Positions 19,352-27,271 of a DNA stretch of 29,839 bases are shown one piece after another. Under the pieces are notes generated by a model, which worked only from the letters and a program-made list of their open reading frames with translations, searched no databases and had not been told where the DNA came from. How positions within the stretch are numbered: position 1 is the stretch's first letter; every line of letters begins with the position of its first letter. The DNA comes from a virus (taxonomy: Duplodnaviria > Caudoviricetes): positions 1 through 29,839 of the IMG/VR virus record IMGVR_UViG_3300032328_001191. One strand, given 5' to 3'. The position numbers and the translations under genes are program-made.

Positions 19352-19750
19352 GGGGGTGTTCAGGTATTGATTGCAATAATTAGGGTACGCAGGCACGTAG
19401 TCAGAATTCATCTATGACTTAAATCCACGGTGAAAAATTTCAAATGGCAATACTTTTGCTAAAATGGCTACTTTAGGTTTAACTAGAGAAGCTGTTGTTG
19501 TTGGTGCTTAATTAGTACAGAACAGCGTTCGGGTCGGTTAGGACATATAACCTAGGAACAGAAGTCCAATATACGGGTCACAGGTCAGAGCTCGTTTAAA
19601 ATAACTCTGAGACCAGGTAATTTGTAAGTTTGGTTCCCACACATATCAAACTTAATATTTCGGAACATTGAGAACCGATGTTGTACTAAACGTGTAGTCT
19701 GTTTATGTTGATATTGTAAGACAAGGGTTCGATTCCCTTCACCTCCACCA
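19352..19750 (+). ncRNA. ssrA: tmRNA (transfer-messenger RNA)
   Basis: Acceptor GGGGGTG/CACCTCC-ACCA with G3:U70; T arm AAGGG-TTCGATT-CCCTT; TAAACGTGTAG near the 3' end; internal tag frame 19446-19511 GNTFAKMATLGLTREAVVVGA*; length 399 nt. Confidence 0.93.
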
Positions 19751-19759
19751 TTTTTTTAT

Positions 19760-20143
19760 ATGGGTACAGATTGTAATATATGTAGTAACAAATGTTTTGG
19801 AATACCAGGACATCACGGTAGTTGTTGTACGATTGAAGATAGAAATTATATCATCGGTCCACACCCTGATGCTGACGAATTTATGGAAATTTTGTCTAAA
19901 AAATTAGGTAGGGAAATTGAAAGAGAAGAAATATTTGTTGAGTTTGAGGAAGGTAAAAATCTTTTTCCTGATAAATCTACTTGGCAAAATCCTGATTCAT
20001 ATCCAGCATTTAGAGTTGATTTTTTTAACCCAAGAAAACCCTGTATATTCTATAACACAAAGATAAAGGCTTGTGGAATATACGATATTAGACCACAAAC
20101 TTGTAGAAATTACGAGTGCGAATACCTTACTCAAAATACATAA
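19760..20143 (+). CDS. YkgJ-family CxxCxxCC cysteine-cluster protein
   Basis: CNIC...SCC, CIFY and CGIYDIRPQTCRNYEC. Confidence 0.85.
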   Translation: MGTDCNICSNKCFGIPGHHGSCCTIEDRNYIIGPHPDADEFMEILSKKLGREIEREEIFVEFEEGKNLFPDKSTWQNPDSYPAFRVDFFNPRKPCIFYNTKIKACGIYDIRPQTCRNYECEYLTQNT

Positions 20144-20183
20144 ACTATATTTTTTGTAACAAATTTTTACTATCATTGTTACA

Positions 20184-20534
20184 ATGAACAAATTATTTAT
20201 CGGGTTATTTATTTTCTTAATATACACAATATCCCAAATTTTTACTTTTTATCAATTACAAGGACACTTGTGGAATAAATGGATTAAAGAAAATCCATTT
20301 ATGATGACATTAATTGGTATTCCAATCAGTTATTACGTTATTTTAGCTAGCAGACATATGGTTGACTTATGGGACGGTCAAACTTGGCCAAATAGAATCA
20401 TAGGGTTTTGTCTTGGGGTCATTGTTTTTAGTATTATGTCTTGGTTCCTTTTAAAAGAACCTTTAACAACAAAAACAATTGTCTGTCTTTCTTTATGTTT
20501 CATAATTCTTCTAATCCAATTGTTTTGGAAATAA
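20184..20534 (+). CDS. Small 4-TM membrane protein (EamA/SMR-like size)
   Basis: Four hydrophobic segments, ending ...WFLLKEPLTTKTIVCLSL. Confidence 0.7.
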   Translation: MNKLFIGLFIFLIYTISQIFTFYQLQGHLWNKWIKENPFMMTLIGIPISYYVILASRHMVDLWDGQTWPNRIIGFCLGVIVFSIMSWFLLKEPLTTKTIVCLSLCFIILLIQLFWK

Positions 20535-20549
20535 GGGGTATTTATCTAT

Positions 20550-22037
20550 ATGAAATTCATAGGTATCTTATTAAAGGAGGGTCGTAAAGAAGATTTAAAG
20601 AAAAAATATTCTACAAAATTCAATGAAGAAGATTTAGAATTTATTTTGAATATTTCTGATTTAAAAGATTTCAATCACAAGTACACCGATTTTGTATTAA
20701 AACATACAGATGGTGATGGAGAATTGGATACTGATGAATTAGAAAACCTTGTAGGTCTTATAAAAGATTTTGATAAATATTCAAGTCAGTTTCCCAAAAA
20801 AGATATAAATCAATACGTATCATTAAATGAACTTGAGAAAGTAATTCTTTACATTAGGTCGAAAAACAAAGAAAAGGAATTAGAGGGTCAAGCAAGAAAG
20901 ATTTACGAAAAAGGTGACTTTGTAGTTATTCAACCAAAAACTGAAGAAGCTTCTTGTAAATACGGTTCAAATACAAAGTGGTGTGTTACATCAAAAGGGT
21001 CGGGTCATTTTGGTAGATATACCTCAGGTCGTCAATCATTATATTTTATAATCAACAAAGCCAAATCCACAAATAAGAATTATTCAAAAGTTGCAATTCA
21101 TTTTGATGATGGTGGAGAACCAAGATATTGGGATGCTCAAGATTCACCGATGGGTCAAAGAGAGATTGAAATATTTGAATATGCCTTCGATGATTTGATT
21201 CAGGCAATTAAAGATGATTATAAAAAATATGCGGGGTCGATGACGGATAAGATTTTAACCGAAGTTTTTAATCAAATAGGTGAAACTTCCGAAAGTAATA
21301 TAAATTATTTAAGGTCAAGTTATACGTTATCAACACTTATCAGAGGGTTTCAAAATAACCCTGATTTGGGATTTGGTCATTCGGAGGCTCGCTTATCAAT
21401 TTCATTAATTTCAGATAAAGAAAATAAATTAATTGATGACTATCAAGTTTTTATCACATACAAATCTAAAGACGATAAGACGTTTACCGCCAGCGTAGGA
21501 TTTGCCGGCACTGATGAAGTATCAGGTGAAGATTTTATAGACCTTGGACTTGAGGAGTGGGGTATAGATGTAACATATAATATTGGTACAAATCCTGCAC
21601 ACACCGCTCAAGGTGTTAGAAGACACATTGCAAGTAGAGTATTAGACCATATTGTGAATAACCCAAAACTTGTACAAAAAGTTTCAGGAACGTCAAGAGT
21701 ATTTACACCAACTTATGGATACACTTTCCGTCAGAATAAAGGATGGGTCAAAAAACTCACAAATTTTTTGGATTCTGGTAAAATAGGAACAAAATTGGAC
21801 TTTTTAATTGACGTTGGATATTTGGAAAAAGTTATACAAGACGGGAAAACAAAATATAAAAAATCAAAAGAGAATTATTTGTATAATCCAAGAGATTTGA
21901 GAGGTCAATTTGCATCCTTTTTTGCTGCCGCTAAAAATGCAGGAATTTTAGGTTATAGAAAAGTTGGTAAAGATTTTTTGTTAATCAAAGGACCTAATTT
22001 TGATGCTTTCAAATCCGGTGAACTTAAAGCACTTTAA
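20550..22037 (+). CDS. Large-phage hypothetical protein with ASCKYG..TKWC motif (495 aa)
   Basis: KDINQY...EEASCKYGSNTKWCVT...LYFII...YWDAQD motif set, which I recall from large-phage proteins; TATTTAT at 20539-20545. Confidence 0.8.
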   Translation: MKFIGILLKEGRKEDLKKKYSTKFNEEDLEFILNISDLKDFNHKYTDFVLKHTDGDGELDTDELENLVGLIKDFDKYSSQFPKKDINQYVSLNELEKVILYIRSKNKEKELEGQARKIYEKGDFVVIQPKTEEASCKYGSNTKWCVTSKGSGHFGRYTSGRQSLYFIINKAKSTNKNYSKVAIHFDDGGEPRYWDAQDSPMGQREIEIFEYAFDDLIQAIKDDYKKYAGSMTDKILTEVFNQIGETSESNINYLRSSYTLSTLIRGFQNNPDLGFGHSEARLSISLISDKENKLIDDYQVFITYKSKDDKTFTASVGFAGTDEVSGEDFIDLGLEEWGIDVTYNIGTNPAHTAQGVRRHIASRVLDHIVNNPKLVQKVSGTSRVFTPTYGYTFRQNKGWVKKLTNFLDSGKIGTKLDFLIDVGYLEKVIQDGKTKYKKSKENYLYNPRDLRGQFASFFAAAKNAGILGYRKVGKDFLLIKGPNFDAFKSGELKAL

Positions 22038-22059
22038 TTTTTTAAAGTAATATACTTAA

Positions 22060-22668
22060 ATGAGAATAGAAACTTACACAATATCAGAAAAGCACAAAGC
22101 GTTTGTATGGTTACCCCCTAAATGTGCAACTAATTTTATTTCATGGGTTTTGGCTTATTTTGAATTTTCTTCTGTCGCAATGAACACAGAAACTAATCAA
22201 ATTCATAAAATAATGCCAAACCAATCAACTCACTTTGGTCATAGTGCAATTTTCCCTCCAAATCATGAAGATTTGTCATTAATCTGTGCAATAAGAAATC
22301 CTTATCATAGAGTATTATCTATGTATCAAAGTACTGCAATAAACCCAAGTGTTGAAAATTTTGAAAAATTCATTGATGAACGAATTGTTACGAACAAATC
22401 ACTTTGGTTTAAATTCTCATCGTCTTTAAACCATAGAAGTCCCGATTATTTAATTAGAACCGAAAACCTATATGAAGACATATTAAAAATACCATTCATT
22501 AGAGATTCTGACTTAAACAGTTCTGGTGTTCTAAAAAACTTTTGTGATAAAAAAATAAACCAAAGTTATCACCAACTTAATCCTGAAGAATATCTAACAC
22601 CACGTATAAAAGAAATTATACATAGCCTCTCTTCAGACCATTTTGATTTATTTGGATATGAAAGATAA
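22060..22668 (+). CDS. Sulfotransferase family 2-like protein
   Basis: PPKCATNFI (5'-PSB-like), IRNPYHRVLSMY (3'-PB-like), IRTENLYED and DLFGY. Confidence 0.78.
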   Translation: MRIETYTISEKHKAFVWLPPKCATNFISWVLAYFEFSSVAMNTETNQIHKIMPNQSTHFGHSAIFPPNHEDLSLICAIRNPYHRVLSMYQSTAINPSVENFEKFIDERIVTNKSLWFKFSSSLNHRSPDYLIRTENLYEDILKIPFIRDSDLNSSGVLKNFCDKKINQSYHQLNPEEYLTPRIKEIIHSLSSDHFDLFGYER

Positions 22669-22682
22669 ATAATTTATCTTTG
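22651..22682 (+). promoter_or_regulatory. Bacteroidota-type promoter
   Basis: TTTG(22651)-N20-TATCTTTG(22675), ending 6 nt before ATG 22689. Confidence 0.7.
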
Positions 22683-22688
22683 TATCCT

Positions 22689-23204
22689 ATGAAAATCATA
22701 TTTTTAGACATAGATGGTGTATTAGCAACAAATAAAGAATTTGCAACAAACAGAACTAAGTTCAGAGAAAAATATCTGTGGGCTAAGGAGTTGCGTGTTC
22801 CTTATGGATGGAACGAGGGATGTGTTAATGTCTTCAATGAAATATTGGATATAACAAATGCTGAAATTGTCATCAGTTCAGATTGGAGATTTCATTGGGA
22901 TTTAGATGAATTAGATAAAATCTTCAAAGCTAATAATGTTAAAAAATCACCAATATTTGGTACCATAAAGAACAAAAGAAAAATGAGTTCTGATTTAGAA
23001 GATGATAGAGTTTATCAAATCAACGAATGGGTTAAGTTTAACAACCCTGAAAAGTGGGTGGCTCTTGATGATATGAATTTGAGTAGTTTAGGACCAAATT
23101 TTTTTAGAACAAAGGATTCTGAAGGATTAAAACAAACAGGTTTGAAAGATAAAATCATAAAAGTATTAAACGATGGTCAAGATAACAACAAGGGAGATAG
23201 TTAA
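22689..23204 (+). CDS. HAD phosphatase of the Swiss-Army-knife RNA-repair type (HAD_SAK-like)
   Basis: KIIFLDIDGVL, IVISSDWR, WVALDD and EGL motifs. Confidence 0.82.
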   Translation: MKIIFLDIDGVLATNKEFATNRTKFREKYLWAKELRVPYGWNEGCVNVFNEILDITNAEIVISSDWRFHWDLDELDKIFKANNVKKSPIFGTIKNKRKMSSDLEDDRVYQINEWVKFNNPEKWVALDDMNLSSLGPNFFRTKDSEGLKQTGLKDKIIKVLNDGQDNNKGDS

Positions 23205-23364
23205 AAATAGATACTTAGGAGTTGCTCCTGAGGGATTTGTTTTACTCCATGAAAAGACGATTCAAGACTTAGAAAATTTTGATATTTGGAAAGAGTGGAA
23301 AAATAATATTATTAAATTAGATTTAAATAACAGAATTGAGATTGAGGAAAGTAAAAAGTCTTAA
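23173..23364 (+). CDS. Hypothetical protein (63 aa)
   Basis: Short ORF filling the gap in a plus-strand operon. Confidence 0.55.
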   Translation: MVKITTREIVKNRYLGVAPEGFVLLHEKTIQDLENFDIWKEWKNNIIKLDLNNRIEIEESKKS

Positions 23365-23374
23365 GTTTCAAAAC

Positions 23375-23453
23375 TGGTCAAACTGGCGGTAATCGTCTGC
23401 AGCGATGAAAGGAAGTGCACTCCGAGGTATAACATCCCGTCAGTCCCTGACCA
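23375..23453 (+). ncRNA. Unidentified structured RNA candidate upstream of pspC
   Basis: GC-rich island with nested stems TGGTCA/TGACCA and ACTGGCGG/CCGTCAGT enclosing two small hairpins; strand assumed from the operon. Confidence 0.5.
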
Positions 23454-23466
23454 CATTAAAATTATT

Positions 23467-23649
23467 ATGAAAAGATTATACAGAAAAAACGGTAACATGA
23501 TTGGTGGTGTTTGTGGTGGTATGGCAGATTTTACAGACATTGATAAGACAATCATTAGATTGTTATTCACTGTGTTAATTTTTACCCCATTCCCAATTAT
23601 CACAATTTACATAATTGCATGGATTATAACCCCATCAGAAAAAATATGA
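23467..23649 (+). CDS. pspC: PspC domain membrane protein
   Basis: MKRLYR...IGGVCGGMA.FTDID..IIRLLF...YIIAWIITP matches the PspC consensus. Confidence 0.88.
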   Translation: MKRLYRKNGNMIGGVCGGMADFTDIDKTIIRLLFTVLIFTPFPIITIYIIAWIITPSEKI

Positions 23650-24035
23650 GTAAAGTAACAAAAAACCCCACATTATTTGTGGATATAGATGGTACAATCA
23701 TAAAGTACCGTAAATTCGATGAATTAGCTACAGCCGTATTAACACCCATCCAAGATGTAATTGATTATGTAAATAACCATTATAATTCAGGTTCGGTGAT
23801 AATTATTACTACAGCACGTCCTTCGAGTTATGAATTAATGACAAAACAGGAACTTGAAAAATTGGGGGTAAAATACCATCAAATAGTTATGGATTGTGGA
23901 AGGGGTACAAGAGTTATTTTAAACGATATGGACCCTGAAAATCCAATCGAAAGGGCTGTTGGAATAAACTTTATTAGAGATGGTGGATTTGAATCAATAG
24001 GTGGAGTCCCCGACATTAAATCATATGAGTTATAA
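23646..24035 (+). CDS. Minimal HAD-superfamily phosphatase-like protein
   Basis: LFVDIDGTI, IIITTARP and LGVKYHQIVM; ATG 23646 overlaps the pspC stop (ATGA). Confidence 0.8.
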   Translation: MSKVTKNPTLFVDIDGTIIKYRKFDELATAVLTPIQDVIDYVNNHYNSGSVIIITTARPSSYELMTKQELEKLGVKYHQIVMDCGRGTRVILNDMDPENPIERAVGINFIRDGGFESIGGVPDIKSYEL

Positions 24036-24387
24036 AGTATCAGCAAAAAGGCACTTAGCCAAAACAGTTAGTTATAGAGTTGTCAGTACAGGAATTGGAT
24101 TTGCAATTATGTGGTGGGCAACAGGAGATATAAGATTTGGTGCTGCGTTTGGAATTGCAGAATTAGTTTACAAACCAATCCAATATTATATTCACGAAAG
24201 AGTATGGTATAGATTTATCAAGTTTGGATTGGTCGAAGATAAAAAACCCAAGGTCAAGAAAGTTCAACTAAACGAAGTTGAAACGAAAATTGTTAATGAA
24301 GTTCAATCCGAACCAATTGTCAAAGAACCTACTCAAGTTCCACCAACAACAGGAAAAAAAGTATTAAATTATAGTTCAAATAGATAA
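24025..24387 (+). CDS. DUF2061-like membrane protein
   Basis: RHLAKTVSYRVVST...YYIHERVW pattern. Confidence 0.8.
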   Translation: MSYKVSAKRHLAKTVSYRVVSTGIGFAIMWWATGDIRFGAAFGIAELVYKPIQYYIHERVWYRFIKFGLVEDKKPKVKKVQLNEVETKIVNEVQSEPIVKEPTQVPPTTGKKVLNYSSNR

Positions 24388-24409
24388 ACCGAGGTAACTC
24401 GGTTTTTTT
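24386..24409 (+). terminator. Intrinsic terminator
   Basis: AAACCGAG-gtaa-CTCGGTTT followed by a T tract. Confidence 0.85.
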
Positions 24410-24437
24410 ATTTTAGATGATAGTATTTATGTATAAT

Positions 24438-25733
24438 ATGAATAAAGATATTAAAGACATACTTCATTCGTTTGATTCAATTATTGGTGAAAACAAAATG
24501 TTTATAGATGAGGTTTCAACATCAAGTTCTTCTTTATTTGGTGGTTCTTCAGTAAGAATCCCTGTAGATGGAGCACATAAGGGTCAATCAGGGTGGCAAA
24601 GTAATAATGCTTGGGACATACCAACACCAATTGGCTCACCCGTATATTCGGTTGCGGATGGTGTTGTTATGACTTTTACTGATTACGGACCAAAAGCAAT
24701 TCGTAAAGATAATAAAACTTTATTTGGTGCAGGATTTACTGTTAACAGTGCAAACGGTTTACCTGACGTTTATTATACTCATTTAAAGGATTGTACTGTT
24801 GGGAAAGGTGATACTGTTAAATGTGGTCAATTATTAGGATATGTTATGGATTTTCCTGGTAGTGACTACGACCACTTACACATCGGTGTTGAGTCTGGTC
24901 ATAACATCAAAGAATTTTTAAATCCTGACGGCACTCTGAAGTGTGGTGGAACAATTTCGGGTCAAGCATCACAACCCGTGCAATCAACAGCAACATCCGA
25001 TTCAACATCAGGTACAACAAGTACAACAACTGGTAGTACAGAAGAGGATGTGTTTGGTGTAAGTAAAATAGATGATAACGACATTATGTTTAAAAAAGCA
25101 AGAGAAATGGCAACTAAATTTGGACTTAATGAAGAAAAAGTCTACGGTAGTTTTGGAGACAGATTGTCCGATAGATTTGGTAGTTTAATCATACCATCAA
25201 GAAGTAACCCTAAAATTAAATCACCAGTAGATGGTGTTATTTATTCAACACATACAGATTCGAATTGTAAGAACCAAGTAGTAATTGAACACGAGATAAA
25301 CAATACAATAAATTACTTACAATTTTGTAATATTACAGAACCTAACACAAAAGACGGTCAAAAAATATCGAGAGGAACAACCTTAGGTAAAACATCTGAT
25401 GATGTTAAAGTATCACTATACGATTCAGGGTGGGGAAGAAGAAATTTAATTGCAATGATGGATATAGAAATTAAAAAACCTGTTCAATCAAAAGTTAACT
25501 CAAAAGAAAAAGATAATGATGACGACAAAGATAAAAATAAAGACATAAAAGAACCTACAAGATATTACGACCCTTTGTTACCATTTTTATTCAAAAAGAT
25601 AAATGACGTGATTCCATCAATAAGTAAAAATAAAAAAGGTGAAGAACCCAAAATTTCAAACTTTTTCAACAAATACAGTCTAAGTAACAAAAAGGTTAAT
25701 GAAGATATTGAAAGAATTAAAAGATTATTATAA
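24438..25733 (+). CDS. M23 family peptidase with a second degenerate M23 domain
   Basis: H...AWDIPTPIGSPVYSVADGVV, YYTHL and HLHIG; the second copy (IKSPVDGVI...GQKISRGTTLG) lacks the HxH ligands. ATG 24438 follows TATTTAT at 24424-24430. Confidence 0.82.
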   Translation: MNKDIKDILHSFDSIIGENKMFIDEVSTSSSSLFGGSSVRIPVDGAHKGQSGWQSNNAWDIPTPIGSPVYSVADGVVMTFTDYGPKAIRKDNKTLFGAGFTVNSANGLPDVYYTHLKDCTVGKGDTVKCGQLLGYVMDFPGSDYDHLHIGVESGHNIKEFLNPDGTLKCGGTISGQASQPVQSTATSDSTSGTTSTTTGSTEEDVFGVSKIDDNDIMFKKAREMATKFGLNEEKVYGSFGDRLSDRFGSLIIPSRSNPKIKSPVDGVIYSTHTDSNCKNQVVIEHEINNTINYLQFCNITEPNTKDGQKISRGTTLGKTSDDVKVSLYDSGWGRRNLIAMMDIEIKKPVQSKVNSKEKDNDDDKDKNKDIKEPTRYYDPLLPFLFKKINDVIPSISKNKKGEEPKISNFFNKYSLSNKKVNEDIERIKRLL

Positions 25734-25734
25734 A

Positions 25735-25765
25735 AAAAACCCATCATTTAGATGGGTTTTTCTTT
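25735..25765. terminator. Bidirectional terminator between convergent genes
   Basis: aaaaACCCATC-attta-GATGGGTtttt. Confidence 0.85.
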
Positions 25766-26389
25766 TTAGATATTAACGAATAAATCGTCTTGCGATTTTC
25801 TTACTTTTTTATAGTTTTGGTAATCATCTGTCTCGTCTCTATACCCTAAGGCACAAACAACAACAGAAGTTGTATCAGTTAAGCCTAAAATCTCATCATA
25901 TTGAGTTCTATCAAATCCTTCCATAGGGCAAGTATCAACGTCAATTACTGCTGCAGTATTCAACAAGAATCCTAAAGCAATATAAATTTGTTTATCAATC
26001 CAGGATGATTTTTGATTTTCATCTAAGGAGTTAATAGTGCCTTTCATCATTGCTTCGTATTGTACTAACATTTCTTTTGGAACACCTCTTGTGTTGATAA
26101 TGTTATCAATAAAAGAATCAACTTCAGATTCGTTAATATCTTTTTTTCTTGTAAATACGGCAAGTACTGATGAATCCGTAATTTGAGATTGACCCCAAGA
26201 AGCCGCTTTTAATTTTTTTCTAATTTCAGGATTCTTTACAAATACAACCTGGAATGGTTGTAATCCGTAAGATGTTGGTGCAAACTGAATAGCTTGTTTT
26301 AAGATATCCATTTTACTATCCGAAAGATTTACACCTGAATTGAATTTTTTGGTTGCGTATCTCCAACCTAATTTTTCTATAATATTCAT
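25766..26389 (-). CDS. NAD(P)H-dependent nitroreductase (NfsB-like)
   Basis: WRYATKKF, APTSYGLQPF, DTCPMEGFD, ALGYR and KVRK. Confidence 0.92.
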   Translation of the reverse strand: MNIIEKLGWRYATKKFNSGVNLSDSKMDILKQAIQFAPTSYGLQPFQVVFVKNPEIRKKLKAASWGQSQITDSSVLAVFTRKKDINESEVDSFIDNIINTRGVPKEMLVQYEAMMKGTINSLDENQKSSWIDKQIYIALGFLLNTAAVIDVDTCPMEGFDRTQYDEILGLTDTTSVVVCALGYRDETDDYQNYKKVRKSQDDLFVNI

Positions 26390-26412
26390 ATTTTATTTTT
26401 TTTAAGTTTAAT

Positions 26413-26444
26413 AAAAAACCCTCAACATATCAAATATTGAGGGT
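26413..26444 (-). terminator. Intrinsic terminator after the lipoprotein gene
   Basis: Minus-strand ACCCTCAATAT-ttgat-ATGTTGAGGGT followed by TTTTT. Confidence 0.75.
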
Positions 26445-26507
26445 CAATTTTTTTTACAGGTAAATATTCCTGACGTCAGCTACATACTAATTTGTAGCTA
26501 AAATCAA

Positions 26508-26714
26508 TTATTTGATATGTTCTACTGATGTTTGGTGAACTTTACCTTCCGTAGGAAGTTCTTCTACTGCACCGCCAATCTTTACAGTTGTGTCAGTTAC
26601 TACAGCTGTAGAATCTACAATTACTGTAGTTGAGTCAGATTTTACTTCAGTTGATGTTCCAGTTCCGCAAGATGCTAATGCTACGATTGCAAATAATGCT
26701 AAGATTTTTTTCAT
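26508..26714 (-). CDS. Small lipoprotein
   Basis: Signal peptide MKKILALFAIVALAS-C lipobox, followed by a DSTT/DSTA low-complexity region. Confidence 0.8.
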   Translation of the reverse strand: MKKILALFAIVALASCGTGTSTEVKSDSTTVIVDSTAVVTDTTVKIGGAVEELPTEGKVHQTSVEHIK

Positions 26715-26834
26715 GTTTGTTTTTTTTTTAATTTAATGTTTTGATTAATTTAACAGACTATAAATATACAATACTATAACGATGATGTCAATTTTTATAT
26801 TTTTTTTCTGTAAAGTTTTCTGTTTCGAAGAGTA

Positions 26835-26909
26835 TGGTGTGACTAGAGAGAATCGAACTCTCACATGAAGCGCCACAAGCTTCCGCCCTACCATTAGGCT
26901 ATAGTCACC
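26835..26909 (-). tRNA. tRNA-His(GTG)
   Basis: Acceptor GTGACTA/TAGTCAC; anticodon arm GAAGC-TTGTGGC-GCTTC; TTCGATT loop; encoded G-1, A73 and CCA. Confidence 0.93.
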
Positions 26910-26915
26910 ATATTG

Positions 26916-26986
26916 TTATCCCCCAAGGATTCGAACCTTGAATAATTGGACCAAAACCAATTGTGTTACCGTTACACCAGAGGATA
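26916..26986 (-). tRNA. tRNA-Gln(TTG)
   Basis: TATCCTC/GGGGATA, ATTGG-TTTTGGT-CCAAT and CAAGG-TTCGAAT-CCTTG; no encoded CCA. Confidence 0.93.
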
Positions 26987-26991
26987 ATATG

Positions 26992-27065
26992 TGGACCAGA
27001 TAGGAATCGAACCTATTACCTTCACATTATGAGTGTGCCGCTCTAACCGAGTGAGCTACAAGTCC
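26992..27065 (-). tRNA. tRNA with CAT anticodon, probably Ile2 (lysidine type); elongator Met not excluded
   Basis: GGACTTG/CTGGTCC; loop CTCATAA; paired G1-C72 and no 3 G-C pairs in the anticodon stem, so not an initiator. Confidence 0.85.
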
Positions 27066-27068
27066 AAA

Positions 27069-27196
27069 AAAAGGAAAGGGGAAGATGGGTGCGTGGACAT
27101 CCCCTTTTATGATAGGCATTACTTCGACTCTAATTAGTCTCCTTGCTTACATTCCAACTTTTTAATGAAGGTGTAAGGCTTCCCTATCAACCTTTT
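27069..27196 (-). ncRNA. Unidentified multi-stem RNA between tRNA-Trp and tRNA-CAT
   Basis: Stems AAAAGG/CCTTTT, TGATAGG/CCTATCA, CTTACA/TGTAAG, GACT/AGTC and AAAGGGG/CCCCTTT fill the whole spacer. Confidence 0.55.
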
Positions 27197-27197
27197 G

Positions 27198-27270
27198 CAC
27201 GCATGTCAGGACTCGAACCTGAAACTCCTAGTTTTGGAGACTAGTACTCTACCAATTGAGCTACACACGC
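27198..27270 (-). tRNA. tRNA-Trp(CCA)
   Basis: GCGTGTG/CATGCGT, CTAGT-CTCCAAA-ACTAG and TCAGG-TTCGAGT-CCTGA. Confidence 0.93.
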
Positions 27271-27271
27271 A

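Noticed and set aside
23361-23603. Minus-strand 80-aa ORF as an explanation of the GC-rich island
   Set aside because: Antisense to pspC within a plus-strand operon; nested base-pairing explains the island better.
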